Assembly (NCBI GenBank): GCA_965113315.1
Contig: OZ220374.1
Origin: Podarcis vaucheri
Taxonomy: Eukaryota
Length of the DNA: 64,000 nucleotides
Direction: 5' to 3' (one strand)
The translations under genes and the position numbers were made by a program. Under the pieces are notes generated by a model, which searched no databases, was not told where the DNA came from, and saw only the letters and a list, made by a program, of their open reading frames with translations. Positions within the stretch are counted from its first letter, which is position 1. Every line of letters starts with the position of its first letter. Of this stretch, positions 51,216 through 63,145 are shown piece after piece.

Positions 51216-51527
51216 GCAGCCTAATTCTAAACATGTCAACCTGGAAGTAAACTCTGCTCAGTTTAATAGGCCTTGCTTATTAGTAAATATGCAGAGGACT
51301 GCAGACATATCTCACTAGGTGCAACTGTTGGAAGGACAGTCCCACAGAACTGAATGTAATGTGGGCTTGATACTAAACTTGGAAGCAAGTTCCTGGAATT
51401 CTGTAAGGCTTCTAAATAGGCTTAGGAACTCTGCTTAACAGTGTATTCCTATACCTATCTACCCAGAAGGAATCCCACTGAGTTCAATGGGGACTTTTCC
51501 CGGGTTAGAAGGTATAGGATTAAAGCC
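51216..51527. mobile_element. Two copies of the ~90-bp MITE-like family in the HOXA3 intron (about 51216-51304 and 51441-51527)
   Basis: Second copy: TCCTATACCTATCTACCCAGAAGGAATCCCACTGAGTTCAATGGGGACTTTTCCCGGGTTAGAAGGTATAGGATTAAAGCC (TCCTATACCT/AGGTATAGGA inverted). Confidence 0.55.
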
Positions 51528-52436
51528 AAAATCTCATGGAGTTTGATGCGACTTCAGAAATATTTCACTTATTTGGATTGTGCACTCAGCGAAAGCTGAA
51601 TACGTTTTGGAAAATGTCCAGGTGTCCCCACTCCCACCCCACCATGGTGGCAAAAAAAGCCAGCACAATGAATTGAACAATTAACCATTTTGCTGCCCTT
51701 TAATGGTACCCTAAAATCACTGCCTACAGCAGGCCTCTTTGTCCTTCCCAGTCACAGAGCTGGCCCTGTGTTCCTATCCATTCCATTCACTTGAGTGTGT
51801 CCAAGCTGGCTTTAAGCCAAGTAATTCTTCACTGGTGTGTGGAGCTGGCAGCCAAGCTGGTTTTATATTTGGGGAAGGAAGTGGATGGAGTATGGATGTT
51901 TGTCTTTGGCTTTTTGTATTCTGATTCTCGGCGTATTGACATAGATACCTATCTTGTTATACTTAATGGAATATACCTTTTGAAGTTCTCTGGACCTCTC
52001 TGAATGTCAGCCGCATTATCCTGACCCTACCAAAGTCAATGGGACTTTTGCGGTTGATTCTAAAAGAGTCAAGTTTTCTCTTCTCTAAAGTTCCATATGA
52101 AAGAAATAATTCAACCTACCACTTCAATTGGACTTTCATTCAATTACTTGGGAGTAATCCAATTCATATAGCAAACAACTTTTGTTTTAGCGGTTTGGGA
52201 GCTGACAACATGTAACCCCAAAATCCATACCTTTATTTGCCGTGGTGTTTATCTTTCCCATGAAAGCATGGTTTCTGGTCAGACGCATTTCTAGTGGTTT
52301 TCATAGACCGCATCTCTGATCCTACAGAGATACAAGCAATTTGCATATATTGGTGCAGTAACTGACTGTCACTTGAGCATATCTTTGGTCACAACAGACA
52401 ACCTCATGTGTGAAAGAGCCAATGCTACCACTAGGC

Positions 52437-52689
52437 TAGGGGTAGGCAACCTAAGGCCCGTGGGCTGGATGCGGCCCTATTGCCTTCTCAATCTGGCCTG
52501 CGGACGGTTGGGGAATCAGTGTGTTTTTACATGAGTAGAAGGTGTCCTTTTATTTAAAATGCATCTCTGGGTTATTTGTGGGGCATAGGAATTCGTTCAT
52601 TCCCCCCCCAAAAAAAACATAGTCTGGCCCACCACATGGTCTGAGAGATGGTGGACCGGCCCACGGCTGAAAAAGGTTGCTGACCCCTG
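52437..52689. mobile_element. Non-autonomous hAT (Charlie-like) DNA transposon, 253 bp, in the HOXA3 intron
   Basis: TIRs TAGGGGTAGGCAACCT / AGGTTGCTGACCCCTG (13/16 match) and a perfect 8-bp TSD CACTAGGC at 52429-52436 and 52690-52697 with central TA. Confidence 0.9.
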
Positions 52690-52797
52690 CACTAGGCCCT
52701 GCAATGTATTAGCACAGGCAAGGCTGATTGATGATTACTGGTTGTTGTGTGTTCAGGTGCCCCGATGCTCACTTTGTTCTTTGTATGATTTGCATAG

Positions 52798-53561
52798 GTG
52801 AGAGTTGTGCTGGTGATAAAAGCCCCCCAGGGCAAGCTTCCTCTAAAAGAGCCCGCACGGCTTACACAAGTGCCCAGCTGGTAGAACTGGAAAAGGAGTT
52901 TCACTTCAATAGATACCTTTGCAGGCCAAGAAGGGTAGAGATGGCTAACTTGCTCAACCTCACTGAAAGACAGATCAAAATATGGTTCCAAAACCGCAGG
53001 ATGAAATACAAAAAGGATCAGAAGGGCAAAGGCATGATGACCTCTTCAGGAGGACAGTCCCCCAGCAGAAGTCCTGTCCCTCCGGCTGCTGGAGGATACC
53101 TGAACTCTATGCATTCCCTAGTAAACAGCGTTCCATATGAACCCCAGTCACCGCCATCCTTCAGCAAGCCTCATCAGAACGCCTATGGCATCCCTACGTC
53201 ATATCCAGCTCCTCTCAATAACTGCCCGCCTCCACAAAAGAGATATACCGGAACTGCAGCAGTGACTCCTGAATATGATCCTCATCCTCTTCAAGGGAAT
53301 GGCTATGGCAATCCACATATACAGGGAAGCCCCGTCTATGTTGGGGGCAATTATGTGGACACCATGGCAAATTCTGGGCCTTCCATCTTTGGTCTGACTC
53401 ACCTCCCTCATCCTTCCTCTGCCAACATGGACTACAGTGGGCCAATGGGCAACAATCATCACCATGGACCGTGTGACCCACACCCAACATATACAGACCT
53501 TACTTCTCACCATCCTTCTCAGGGAAGAATTCAGGAAGCGCCCAAACTGACCCATCTGTAA
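52798..53561 (+). CDS. HOXA3: Hox-A3 second coding exon (homeodomain and C-terminus)
   Basis: Acceptor tgcatag|. [76 protein letters not shown]...[13 protein letters not shown]. Confidence 0.97.
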
Positions 53562-53876
53562 TATACCATCAGTTACTTAGTGGATCATAAAAGTCCCCCA
53601 GCCTTTTTTTAAAAAAAGAAAAAGGGGAAAAGAAAGAAAAGAAAAGAAAAATACTTTAAATTCCTCCCCCTGCCCTTTCTGTTTTGCTTCTGTTTTCTTT
53701 TCTTTTGGTAAAAAAAAAAAAGCATTTTCTAGTTTATGTGACGTAGCAATATCTGTTGCTTGAATTGCTCCCTAGTTTCAATAGTGGATATTTATCTCCT
53801 TGAACTCTTTGCCTTGTGTTCTCCCTTTGAGAGTATACATAGGCTTTCTACTCTTAACTTCAACACTTTTATCAAA

Positions 53877-53884
53877 ACAGGGTA
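53877..53884 (+). promoter_or_regulatory. miR-10 8mer seed match in the HOXA3 3'UTR
   Basis: ACAGGGTA, complementary to the miR-10 5' end UACCCUGU. HOXA3 is a known miR-10 target. Confidence 0.7.
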
Positions 53885-54483
53885 TATGAACAAATTTTCT
53901 ATACAGATGGTTCTTAAATGTGAATTTGTTCGTACAGAATCGATCCCAACCGGGGAAGCATTTTTATTTTAATTGCACTTCTTTTAAATAGCGAGAAAGA
54001 AATAAAAAGGCGCTTGAACAGGGGCTCCCTGAGCGAACTTATTAATACGTGTACGTCTTTCAACGTGTGTATGCTGGTGAACTTTCAGATTTATTTATAT
54101 TTTTTTGCAAACTTTGAATAATCTAAGTGTTTAAATTTTTTTATTTATCCCCATCTGTTCATATTTATATATATAAATATATTAAAAAAAATAAAACTTC
54201 TGTACCCTGAATATTCAGGAGATATTTACCTGGCTGTATGTTAAATGACATACATAGGAAATATCATTTGGAAGGGGGGAACTTAAACTCCTTTATTTAA
54301 AAAGAAGAAGGAAAAAAATGCAATAAAATCTGGAAAATAAACAGCAGGCCACCACAGGAACAGAAGCGGGTGCCTGTTAACATCGAACTAAAGGGAAATG
54401 TGTAAACCTGAACGAGAACAACACAAAGCTAGATTTTGTTTTGAAAGTTATACATTCCTTGCTGCTCACATTCTGGGAAAAAA

Positions 54484-54489
54484 AATAAA
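54484..54489 (+). terminator. Candidate HOXA3 polyadenylation signal (others at about 54001, 54190, 54322, 54336)
   Basis: AATAAA followed by T-rich sequence. Confidence 0.45.
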
Positions 54490-56599
54490 GTTTTTATTCT
54501 GAATAATACAGACTTAAGATATGATCATTTGATTTTAGAAAGGAAAAAAAGCGAGAGAGAAAGAGAACAAGGACTGACGCCCTTGGAGCTTTTAAATACA
54601 TAAATCTCCAATATCCAACCTTCAGGTCTCCTCTGTTTCTCTGAGCTTTCAAAGCTTAGAAGGTTTACACATTTTTGTCTCCACTCCCCACTCCTCAAAA
54701 AACAACAACAGTGGGGAGAACTGGAGCACTGAAAATATCCAAGATGGAAAAAGATCCGCCCTTTCCGACCATAGCTCGAGGACTGCAGTTCTCCAGACGT
54801 TTTTCATAAACGCAGCCCATAGGTAGCTGTGGCAGCTTGCTCGTTTTTTGTTGCATTCATTGTGGTCGAAGGGAAGCGGAGGAAGGGGTGGAGGTGGGGA
54901 AGAGAAACCGTGTCCCTCATGTCTGGAGCGATATGCTGTAAATCAAGCTCAGGTGGCTGCGTCGCCTCTGCAGAAGGGAATCTTCTCCTGAGGCCGCAGG
55001 ATGAGCTGGGTCCCGCTTGCAGGCTGTTCTCCCTCTCGCCATATTGGGTCCACTCTCTGCTGGAGGAAGCCAGCCGTTCCTAATGGGAGAAAAGGCTCTC
55101 CTCGCCTCCGCACTGGGGACCTTTGAGCCGATCGGCAGTTCGCTACTCCCACACTTATAAGCTCCTCTCGGGAACCAAAACGGACAATTCAGCGACTGTT
55201 TATGCTGAGTGATGGGGGAAATATTTTTTTAAAAAAGGAAAAGGAAGGGGTGGGGATTTGGAGGGAAGAAAGAGAGGCGAAATTAAATGAACTTAAGGCT
55301 AAAAAAACGAAGACTCATGTAGTTAGACTCATGTTTGATATGGCACGAATTCAAAAGCACATTTGTTTACAGGCAAAATACAATTCATCACCCTAATAAT
55401 GAAGGGACAGATTCAGCAATAATAAATCAGGCCTGTTTGCCAAGCGATCTGGCCCAACCCCGGGGTTGAAAGAGAGAGTTTGTTCCTTATGGTCTTCTTC
55501 ACGAACTGATCTGCTCATCTGCGGTCTTAGAAATTGAAGGGCTTTAATAATCTTTGCACGACTTGTTAATCGAGCGTCCTTTCCCATCCTGCACCCCCAC
55601 CCACGTCTTTTCTAGATTGGGTGGGCGAGGTGAGGCAATCGAATGTAAATCTTCTATTGGGGGAGGGGGAGGGGAAATAAAATAAATGAAATCCTTTCTT
55701 TCCGAAATACCTTTTGATATATCCATAGCAAATTGGGCTCGAAGACCCTCATGCATGGATCTGCGCTAATAAACGAGTTATAATAAATCCAAACAGTAAA
55801 CAGATAATTTAAAGCTGTGGGGCTTATTTGTTGTAGCAATTGGGTTTAGGATTCTAAAAACACCGGTATACACAATAGTGCATTTAGAGGGGAACAATTC
55901 CACATTCAGCATCTGTTATTTCAATCTGAAAGAGATTGTCGCCATGTTGGTCACCTTGGTAGAAATATTATTCATCTCTTCTCTTTTTCAAAGTCTTAAG
56001 AAGCTTCCTGATTTCTTGTCCCAATAACATTGCTACCCCCAATATAAAAAAAATAAACACAAGGCGTAGCTAACTACAATGCAAAGAAACGTAACTCTTT
56101 ATTATTATTTTGCCATCCATACAAACCTTATTATAGCTTGAGTTAGGCAAGTCCCATGTATACTTACAGCGACGCGCTCCAGACTGCAGAAAGGCTGCAC
56201 CCAGCCTTTTAAAACTCATTAATCTGATTTTAAAAAGTCTTATAATGGGAAAAAAAATCCCCAAATTGGAGCTCCGGAATGCAGCATTTGGAGGAAGATG
56301 AAGCGAAAATGGATCGTGGTGGATATTCTCCTGTTCAAAATTAATTTGAGAGATGATGCCTTATATCAGTGGCGAATAGCTGACTGTTTGGGTATTGAAA
56401 ACCAACCTTTTAAGACAATTTTCTGGGAAGGGGAAGTCAAAAAGCATATATTATCTCCTCGTGAATTTATTTATTTTTTTTACAGGAAAGGGGTCGCCTA
56501 AATTTTCTTTCTGCGCTCCCTCGACTGTATCACATACTGTTCGGATTTCATTTAGAGAAACATAAATTTTGGTTTTTGTTTTGGTTTTGCAGAGGGTTT

Positions 56600-57110
56600 T
56601 GAGTGGAGGGCGTGGGGTTTTTTTTGCTGTTGGCCAGCCTCTTTGTTCCAGGTGTTTTTTCTATTAGGCTGCCCACCCCAAAATGCTGGCCCTAACCCTC
56701 CCACGCCGATTTGACTCACAAAGCCTTCCTGGACCCAACTGCCCCAGCCTTCTCCCACGTTCGCCTTTCCTCCTAGCGGGTCCTCGAACAAACCCTCCCA
56801 CCCATTTCACTTCTAGCACCTATATTCTATAGGGGGGGGAGTAAAGATTTAAAAAAACAAACAAACAAAACCCCAGGATCGGAGCTGTCTTTCAGGGTAA
56901 TGCGAAAAAGAGCAAGATCCCCACCCTTAGTACAGGAAAATAAAATCCATTTAGGGAGCAGAAACAGCCTCGCCGTCGTCTTTTTCCTTGTTTACTCGCG
57001 TTTCTTGCTCTCTCTCTTTCCCCCCTTCTTTTCTCAGCCACATTTGATCTGGGAAAGAGCAAGAAGCTTCGAATGTGTTCTTAAAGGCCAGAAGCTGTCA
57101 AAGCGTTTGG
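56600..57110. promoter_or_regulatory. Hoxa2 upstream rhombomere 3/5 and neural crest enhancer
   Basis: Krox20/EGR2-like GCGTGGGG 56610-56617 and CTCCCACGC 56698-56706; BoxA-like ACAAAG 56718-56723; conserved-looking AAGCTTCGAATGTGTTCTTAA...GAAGCTGTCAAAG block at 57064-57103; 2.4-2.9 kb upstream of HOXA2. Confidence 0.6.
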
Positions 57111-58941
57111 CCCGGGAAGATTGATCGCGCGCAGGCTTCAGCGGATCTTTGTTTGGAGTAAAAGCAAGAAAATTAAAAAGAGAGAGAGAGAGAGAGAGGA
57201 AAGAAACCCAGCCTACATCTTCCAACAGCATGTATATTTGTAAGGCACCCTTTTCCATCCTCCCTCCCTCCCCTCCCTCCTTCCTTCTTTCCCTGTCAAA
57301 GATGCATTAAATAGCAACCACAATCTACATTTTTTAAAAAAATGTGAACAAATTATTGCAATATTTCGGCCCCTCCCCCACCCCTTCCTCAGCCCCTGAT
57401 CCATATTGTGGGAGTTTATTTGCTTGAAATCAAAAAGGGGGTTTGCTTTTTTCCTTTTTTTTTTTTTTGCTTAAAAAAAATCACCTTTAAAAACATTCTC
57501 TCTCTCTCTCTTTTTTTTGCTTAGCTTCACTCCACCTGAAGATGTAATGGTCAGTTTATTGTTTTAAGCGCTTCCAAGCTCTGCTCAGGATTCTGCTCTG
57601 AAATGTAACAAGGACTCGAGGTAGCGGATGGAGCACTTTCGGGCTTCACTGGAATGTATAAATATAGAAAGAGAAGCTCTTCCATCCCACCCCTCTCGCC
57701 TTGCAGAAAGCCCTCTTCCAAAAAAACCCGGAGGATGCGGGCCTTTTTCCTGGTTTGCTTTGAAGAAGAGGAAACCTTCGCCTCGTTCCCACCGTGTCCT
57801 TCTGGGTCTTCTTCTCTCCTCCAGCGCTGTCCACCCCTCCCCTCATTTACCTTTTGTAAAAAAATAATAATAGTAGTGATTGAGGCGATTGAAGAGCTAT
57901 CCTGTCCAAACCATCGGCATCGCGGAATGAATGAGCAAATCGAATAAACCGTGCGCACCAAAACGAGATGGTAAGGGCAGAAACGGATAGTCAGTTCCAC
58001 AGTCCTTAGAGCTCTTTGGTTTAATCTGCAGCCTTATTGCGCTTTTGTTTCGTTTTTTTAATCCCAGACATTGACTTTTGACATATTTCACTGGAATCGA
58101 GAGGGGGGAAAATACTCGCCGGACCCCATTTTATTGGGGCTACGGAAGGAAAATGCGTCAGCTGATTCCAGTGTCGTTTGTGTGAATGCTCTGGATGTTG
58201 TTTTGTGACACCCTCCCCGCTTTTATTTCCTCTTTTGATCGGAACCTGTGTTTGCAGTCCCAGGGTCTAATGGAAATCTGTATCTCCTCTGAACCGTCCG
58301 CTTCTGTCAAGACAACTGCGGGGAGAAAGTAGCGACCCACCAGCCTGCGTGCTCTTACTCTTCCCCTAGGAGCGAAGCTGCTGGAGAAATTCCTTCGACA
58401 CAATGGATGGAGGCAGGGACCGGCGGCCAATTGTTCTCCATACTGTACCCTCAGCTGAAACAGGGAGAGAATTGCGGGGGGGAAAGATGCCAGGTCGTGA
58501 TCGAGGGGGAGGAACCCCCCAACCTTGCCGTCCTTTAATTTTTTCTTAAGGAAGTGGTTAGTCCTTAGCACGGAGTTGGGTCCGGGTTTTGTTGGAGATG
58601 GGGGGGGGGGCGGGGGGGAAACAAACCCAAATCAAATATAAGCAAAGACTCCCTTCCTTGGCATCCCCTGGCTGGGTGGAACTTTTTGTGCTGCGGTGGA
58701 GATGTTGGGGGCCCGCGGTGTCACAACTTTGGAGATTAATGGATGACTTCGTTAATGACTCAGGGCGTCCGATGGAGGTGCGCCCGTGATTTGTGAGGTG
58801 CAAGGCGCTTGCTTGACAGTCCCAAACAATGAGAAGGGGGAGTGTGCGGAGGGGAGGCAAGCGGGGCAAGGGAGCCTCCCCGGCCAAGCTAAGCATCAGA
58901 GGCAGCAGCAACAGCAGCAGCAGCTCAGACAACCCACCCAG

Positions 58942-58946
<5 letters not shown>

Positions 58947-58981
<35 letters not shown>

Positions 58982-59004
58982 ACACCCTCTCTCTCTCTCT
59001 CTCT
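58947..59004. repeat. Compound (CA)n(CT)n microsatellite upstream of HOXA2
   Basis: Directly visible. Confidence 0.9.
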
Positions 59005-59520
59005 CCCCCTCAGATATCATTTCAGATTAGGAGGCAAAAGGGGGAGAGCGAGCGAGAGAGCGCGCGGCGGAGATACCCTTTCCCCCCTTTTAAAAAGTAT
59101 AANNNNNNNNNNNNNNNNNNNNNNNNNNNNNNNNNNNNNNNNNNNNNNNNNNNNNNNNNNNNNNNNNNNNNNNNNNNNNNNNNNNNNNNNNNNNNNNNNN
59201 NNNNNNNNNNNNNNNNNNNNNNNNNNNNNNNNNNNNNNNNNNNNNNNNNNNNNNNNNNNNNNNNNNNNNNNNNNNNNNNNNNNNNNNNNNNNNNNNNNNN
59301 NNNNNNNNNNNNNNNNNNNNNNNNNNNNNNNNNNNNNNCTATGATATTTTTTTTCCCTTTTCTCTCTCTCTCTCTCCCTCTTCCTTTCTCTCTCTCCCTC
59401 TCTCTCGGTTTTTTTTCCTCCCTCCCCCCCCCTTTTCCTGGGCCTTGCTCCCCCCTCCCCCTCCCAGAAGCGCTAAATAAGAGGGAACTTTTTCTCCAAG
59501 GGGGCTGCGAGTTGAAGGCC

Positions 59521-59896
59521 ATGAATTTCGAATTTGAGCGAGAGATTGGTTTTATCAATAGTCAGCCATCGCTCGCTGAGTGCCTGACATCTTTTCCCCC
59601 TGTCGGTGATACATTTCAAAGTTCATCAATCAAGAACTCGACGCTTTCACACTCGACACTGATTCCTCCTCCTTTTGAGCAGACCATCCCCAGCCTGAAC
59701 CCAGGCAGCCACCCTCGCCACAGCAGCAGCAGCCGCCCCAAGCACAGCCCCAATGCCAGCAGCGGCAGCCCAGTGCCAGCCGGCGCCCTCCAGCCTCCGG
59801 AATACCCCTGGATGAAGGAGAAAAAAGCCTCCAAGAAAACTGTCCTGCCGCCTCCTTCGGCCTCCGCCACTGGACCAGCCTGCCTGAGCCACAAAG
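59521..59896 (+). CDS. HOXA2: Homeobox protein Hox-A2, coding exon 1 (join 59521..59896,60657..61423; 380 aa)
   Basis: [28 protein letters not shown], hexapeptide [10 protein letters not shown], donor G|GTCAGT at 59896/59897. Confidence 0.97.
59607..59632. promoter_or_regulatory. Exonic Hox-Pbx responsive element within HOXA2 exon 1
   Basis: TGATACAT 59607-59614 and minus-strand TGATTGATG 59624-59632. A coding-exon r4 Hox-Pbx element is known in Hoxa2. Confidence 0.55.
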
Positions 59897-60161
59897 GTCA
59901 GTTCAAAGACTTTGCTGCACCTTCAGCCTTCCTGGGACTCAGAGATCTCTCTATCTCCATATAATCTCCTTTTCTCCTCTCCCACTCCCTCTCGCTTGGA
60001 TGGGTGCCTCCCTAACTTACGGCACTCCAATCCGGGTTCGCTGGAGGTCTGGTGGGGGATCCACAGGCAGATTCCTCAGAAACCAACCCCGCCGACACCC
60101 CCAAATCCCCCCACCCCAAACAAAGTTTCTTTTTTTCTCCCCTAACTTGTTTAGCGTGGGA

Positions 60162-60275
60162 TGATTTATTTGAGTTGGAGGTGACCCTCCTCTTGTCTCG
60201 CTGTCCTAGAGTTGGGATATTTGACAGTAATGAAGAGTGATAGATTGCTCTTGCTCAGCTAAGCAGCTGATGCAT
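60162..60275 (+). promoter_or_regulatory. Hoxa2 intronic rhombomere-4 enhancer (Pbx-Hox and Prep/Meis sites)
   Basis: TGATTTAT 60162, TGACAG 60222-60227, TGATAGAT 60238-60245, TGATGCAT 60268-60275. Confidence 0.75.
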
Positions 60276-60656
60276 TAATTATAAATTGTTGTATGGCTAA
60301 TATCAAAGTTTGCTCGGGTATGGGCAGGTTGGGGAGATGGAGGCAAATCAAGTTCCTGGAGCTAAGCGAGGAGGGTGGGGGGAGAAGGAAAAGTGGGTCC
60401 AAGAGACCGGGCTCACAGGAGTGCAAACACAATGGATTTACTGCATTCATGGGCGGCCATTTTGTTGCAGTTGAAATTTTAATGCTTTAAGAGAGAAAGA
60501 GAGAGCCCCCCCCCCGCTCCAACTAGCTCATTTCCCCCCACCAGGCTTGGATGTTCAAAATCCTAAAATAAGACATTCTCCCTCCTCTTCTCTCTCTTCC
60601 CCCCTCTTTCATATCTCTCATTCTAATAGTGCTGGTTGTTGTCTCCTTTTAAGCAG

Positions 60657-61423
60657 AATCTCTGGAGATTTCCGAAAATGGGACCGGGGGCTCCAGGAGG
60701 CTGAGGACTGCTTACACCAACACGCAGCTCTTGGAGCTGGAGAAGGAATTCCATTTCAACAAGTACCTCTGCAGACCGAGGCGGGTGGAGATCGCCGCTC
60801 TCCTGGACCTGACCGAGAGGCAAGTCAAGGTGTGGTTTCAGAACAGGAGGATGAAGCACAAGAGGCAGACCCAGTGCAAGGAGAACCAGAACAGCGAAGG
60901 GAAATTCAAAGGCTTGGAGGATCCCGAGAAAGCAGAAGACGACGAGGAGGAGGAGGAAGAGGAGGAGGAGGAGGAGAAATCCCTCTTCGAGCAAGCCCTC
61001 AACAATGTCTCAGGCGCGCTTTCGGAAAGGGAAGGCTACACTTTTCAGCAGAATGCACTAGCGCAACAGCAGGCTGTCACTGTCCACAATGGAGAGTCCC
61101 AAAGTTTCCCAGTTTCGCCTTTAACGAGCAATGAGAAAAATCTGAAACATTTTCAGCATCAGTCACCCACTGTTCCCAACTGCCTGTCAACAATGGCCCA
61201 GAACTGTGCAGCTGGCCTGAACAATGACAGTCCTGAGGCCCTGGAGGTGCCTTCTTTACAGGACTTCAGCGTTTTCTCCGCAGATTCCTGCCTACAGCTC
61301 TCCGACGCCGTCTCCCCCAGTCTGCCAGGGTCCCTCGACAGCCCTGTAGATATTTCAGCTGACAGCTTTGACTTTTTTACAGATACACTCACCACAATTG
61401 ACTTGCAGCATCTGAATTACTGA
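60657..61423 (+). CDS. HOXA2: Hox-A2 coding exon 2 (homeodomain and C-terminus)
   Basis: Acceptor ttttaagcag|. [73 protein letters not shown]...[18 protein letters not shown] motifs at 61086, 61190 and 61221 fit the known exonic r2 enhancer. Confidence 0.97.
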
Positions 61424-61771
61424 GAAATGACAGACCAACTTTTCCGAAAAGGGTTATTTTCCCCCTCTCCTTTTCCTTTTTTGGGGGGAGCGGGAGGGGG
61501 GGATGACTTGATTTAATTTCTTTCCCTTTTCCTGGTCAGTATTTTCCTGATTATTTTTATTTTTCCTTCTCGGTGTGTTGGAGAGCTTATTTTGCCGTTT
61601 GCCTATGACATTTTTAGTTGTGTCCGGTTTTAAACCTAGTCCCATTCTAGGTCCTTCTATGAAAAGCAATATATAAGGCCTGTAAGAAAGTGATCATATC
61701 AAAATTGTATCTTCACTTTCTTTTTATTTTTGTATTACATTAGGATGCGTTGTCATAAGTATTTTTGGTAG

Positions 61772-61777
61772 AATAAA
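61772..61777 (+). terminator. Probable HOXA2 polyadenylation signal
   Basis: AATAAA about 350 bp after the stop codon. Confidence 0.6.
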
Positions 61778-62969
61778 TTCTTGTTTGCTACAAGCATTTT
61801 TCTTATCTCTTTATCTCTCTCTTTCTCTCTGCTTCATACAAGGAAGTTAATCTCCGCCCCTCCCCTAGTCCTGAAATACAATTAAAAGAAACAACACAAT
61901 TTGGTCACAACCTTCGTCATTTTTCGTTAGAAATATATTTATTAGGGGGGAAGCCAGCGGTAAATGGTGGATTTCCAAAGTTCTCAATATTCAAATAGGG
62001 GGGAGGAAAAAAAACCCCTAAAATAACTCCAAAACTTACATAAAAATATATCCCCCCTCCCTTGAATGCCCATAAGACATTAGAAGCACAAGTTAAAATG
62101 TTTCTGTGCTATCGCCAACGTTTTATTTATAGTACAGGTTTAATATATCGTAACATTATATAAAAATTCTCTTCTACGTTTTAACTGATATTGTATTATA
62201 GGCAGAATATATCATATTATTGCAAGGGGAAACAAAAAGCACTACGGCAAGCCTTGCTGCATAAATGGCCAGAAATCGACAGAAGTGTATACTGGTTTCT
62301 ACTATTGAACGCTATTTTTAACTATTTCTTTTGCGACCCGTGCCTTGGAAAGGGGGGAGGGATGGTGGTGTGGGGAACCAGAGCTGAGAAAGGAAGGCAT
62401 TTGATGGATTTCCCAGCTGTCCGAAGGCCCCGAGAAAAGAAACCTAAAAGAGAGGAAATCAGAGGAGAGAATTAAAACACAAGCACACGCGGTTAGGATG
62501 TATGCAATGCATATGAAAAATCGCTTTCAAATCCTGTGGCTTTCGCTAGGTCTACGGAACAAAAGCTGTTGGAGGGCATCGAGTCCTACTGGAACTGGAC
62601 TAACAAGTGTAGAGTCATGAGGTCCGTTTAAAAGTGCTACCAGGCGGGGATAGCTGTGTATACAGTATTCTCTAATCCGATTTCAATTCGGATTGTTAGC
62701 AAAATCCAATGTGCCTCTTTTCTTCTTCCTTTTTGCCCCACTGCCTATCAGTAGGTGTTAGCATACATCTTCGTGTGTATGTAGATATGCCAATGTAGAT
62801 ATTTATAGCCCGCTCCTTAAGAACTTCCCCAGATCTTTGCAGGCGCGGGTTTCCTGGTTGCTCTCCTCTGCGCGCGTTTGTTGTGGTCGCCGTTGGCTTC
62901 CCTGTTTTGCAAACCCCCTCTAAGTGGGGTGGCGCTGAGCTGCGTGGAAAGACTGGATGCAATTCTTCC

Positions 62970-63145
62970 TAAAGTCATAAATCAAACGCTTTCTGTGAAT
63001 GAGAATGTCATCAAAGAGATCAATTGCAGGAACACATGCACAAATAAAAATCCTCTTACGTATTTGCTCGGGCTGGGGATCCCCGTCTGAAACCATTAAA
63101 CTAGGAGGCGGTTAGTCATAATTCATTTTTATTGCTCTGTTAAAA
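62970..63145. promoter_or_regulatory. Conserved-looking non-coding element between HOXA2 and HOXA1
   Basis: TCATAAATCA (Pbx-Hox) 62975-62984, TGTCA 63006-63010 overlapping TCF/LEF-like ATCAAAG 63010-63016, further TAAT/TTTAT motifs to about 63135. Confidence 0.5.

Noticed and set aside
58786-59340. Long apparent N-terminal part of the 392-aa ORF (poly-Q, HT repeats)
   Set aside because: Runs through microsatellites and a 236-N block; open only because Ns hide stop codons.
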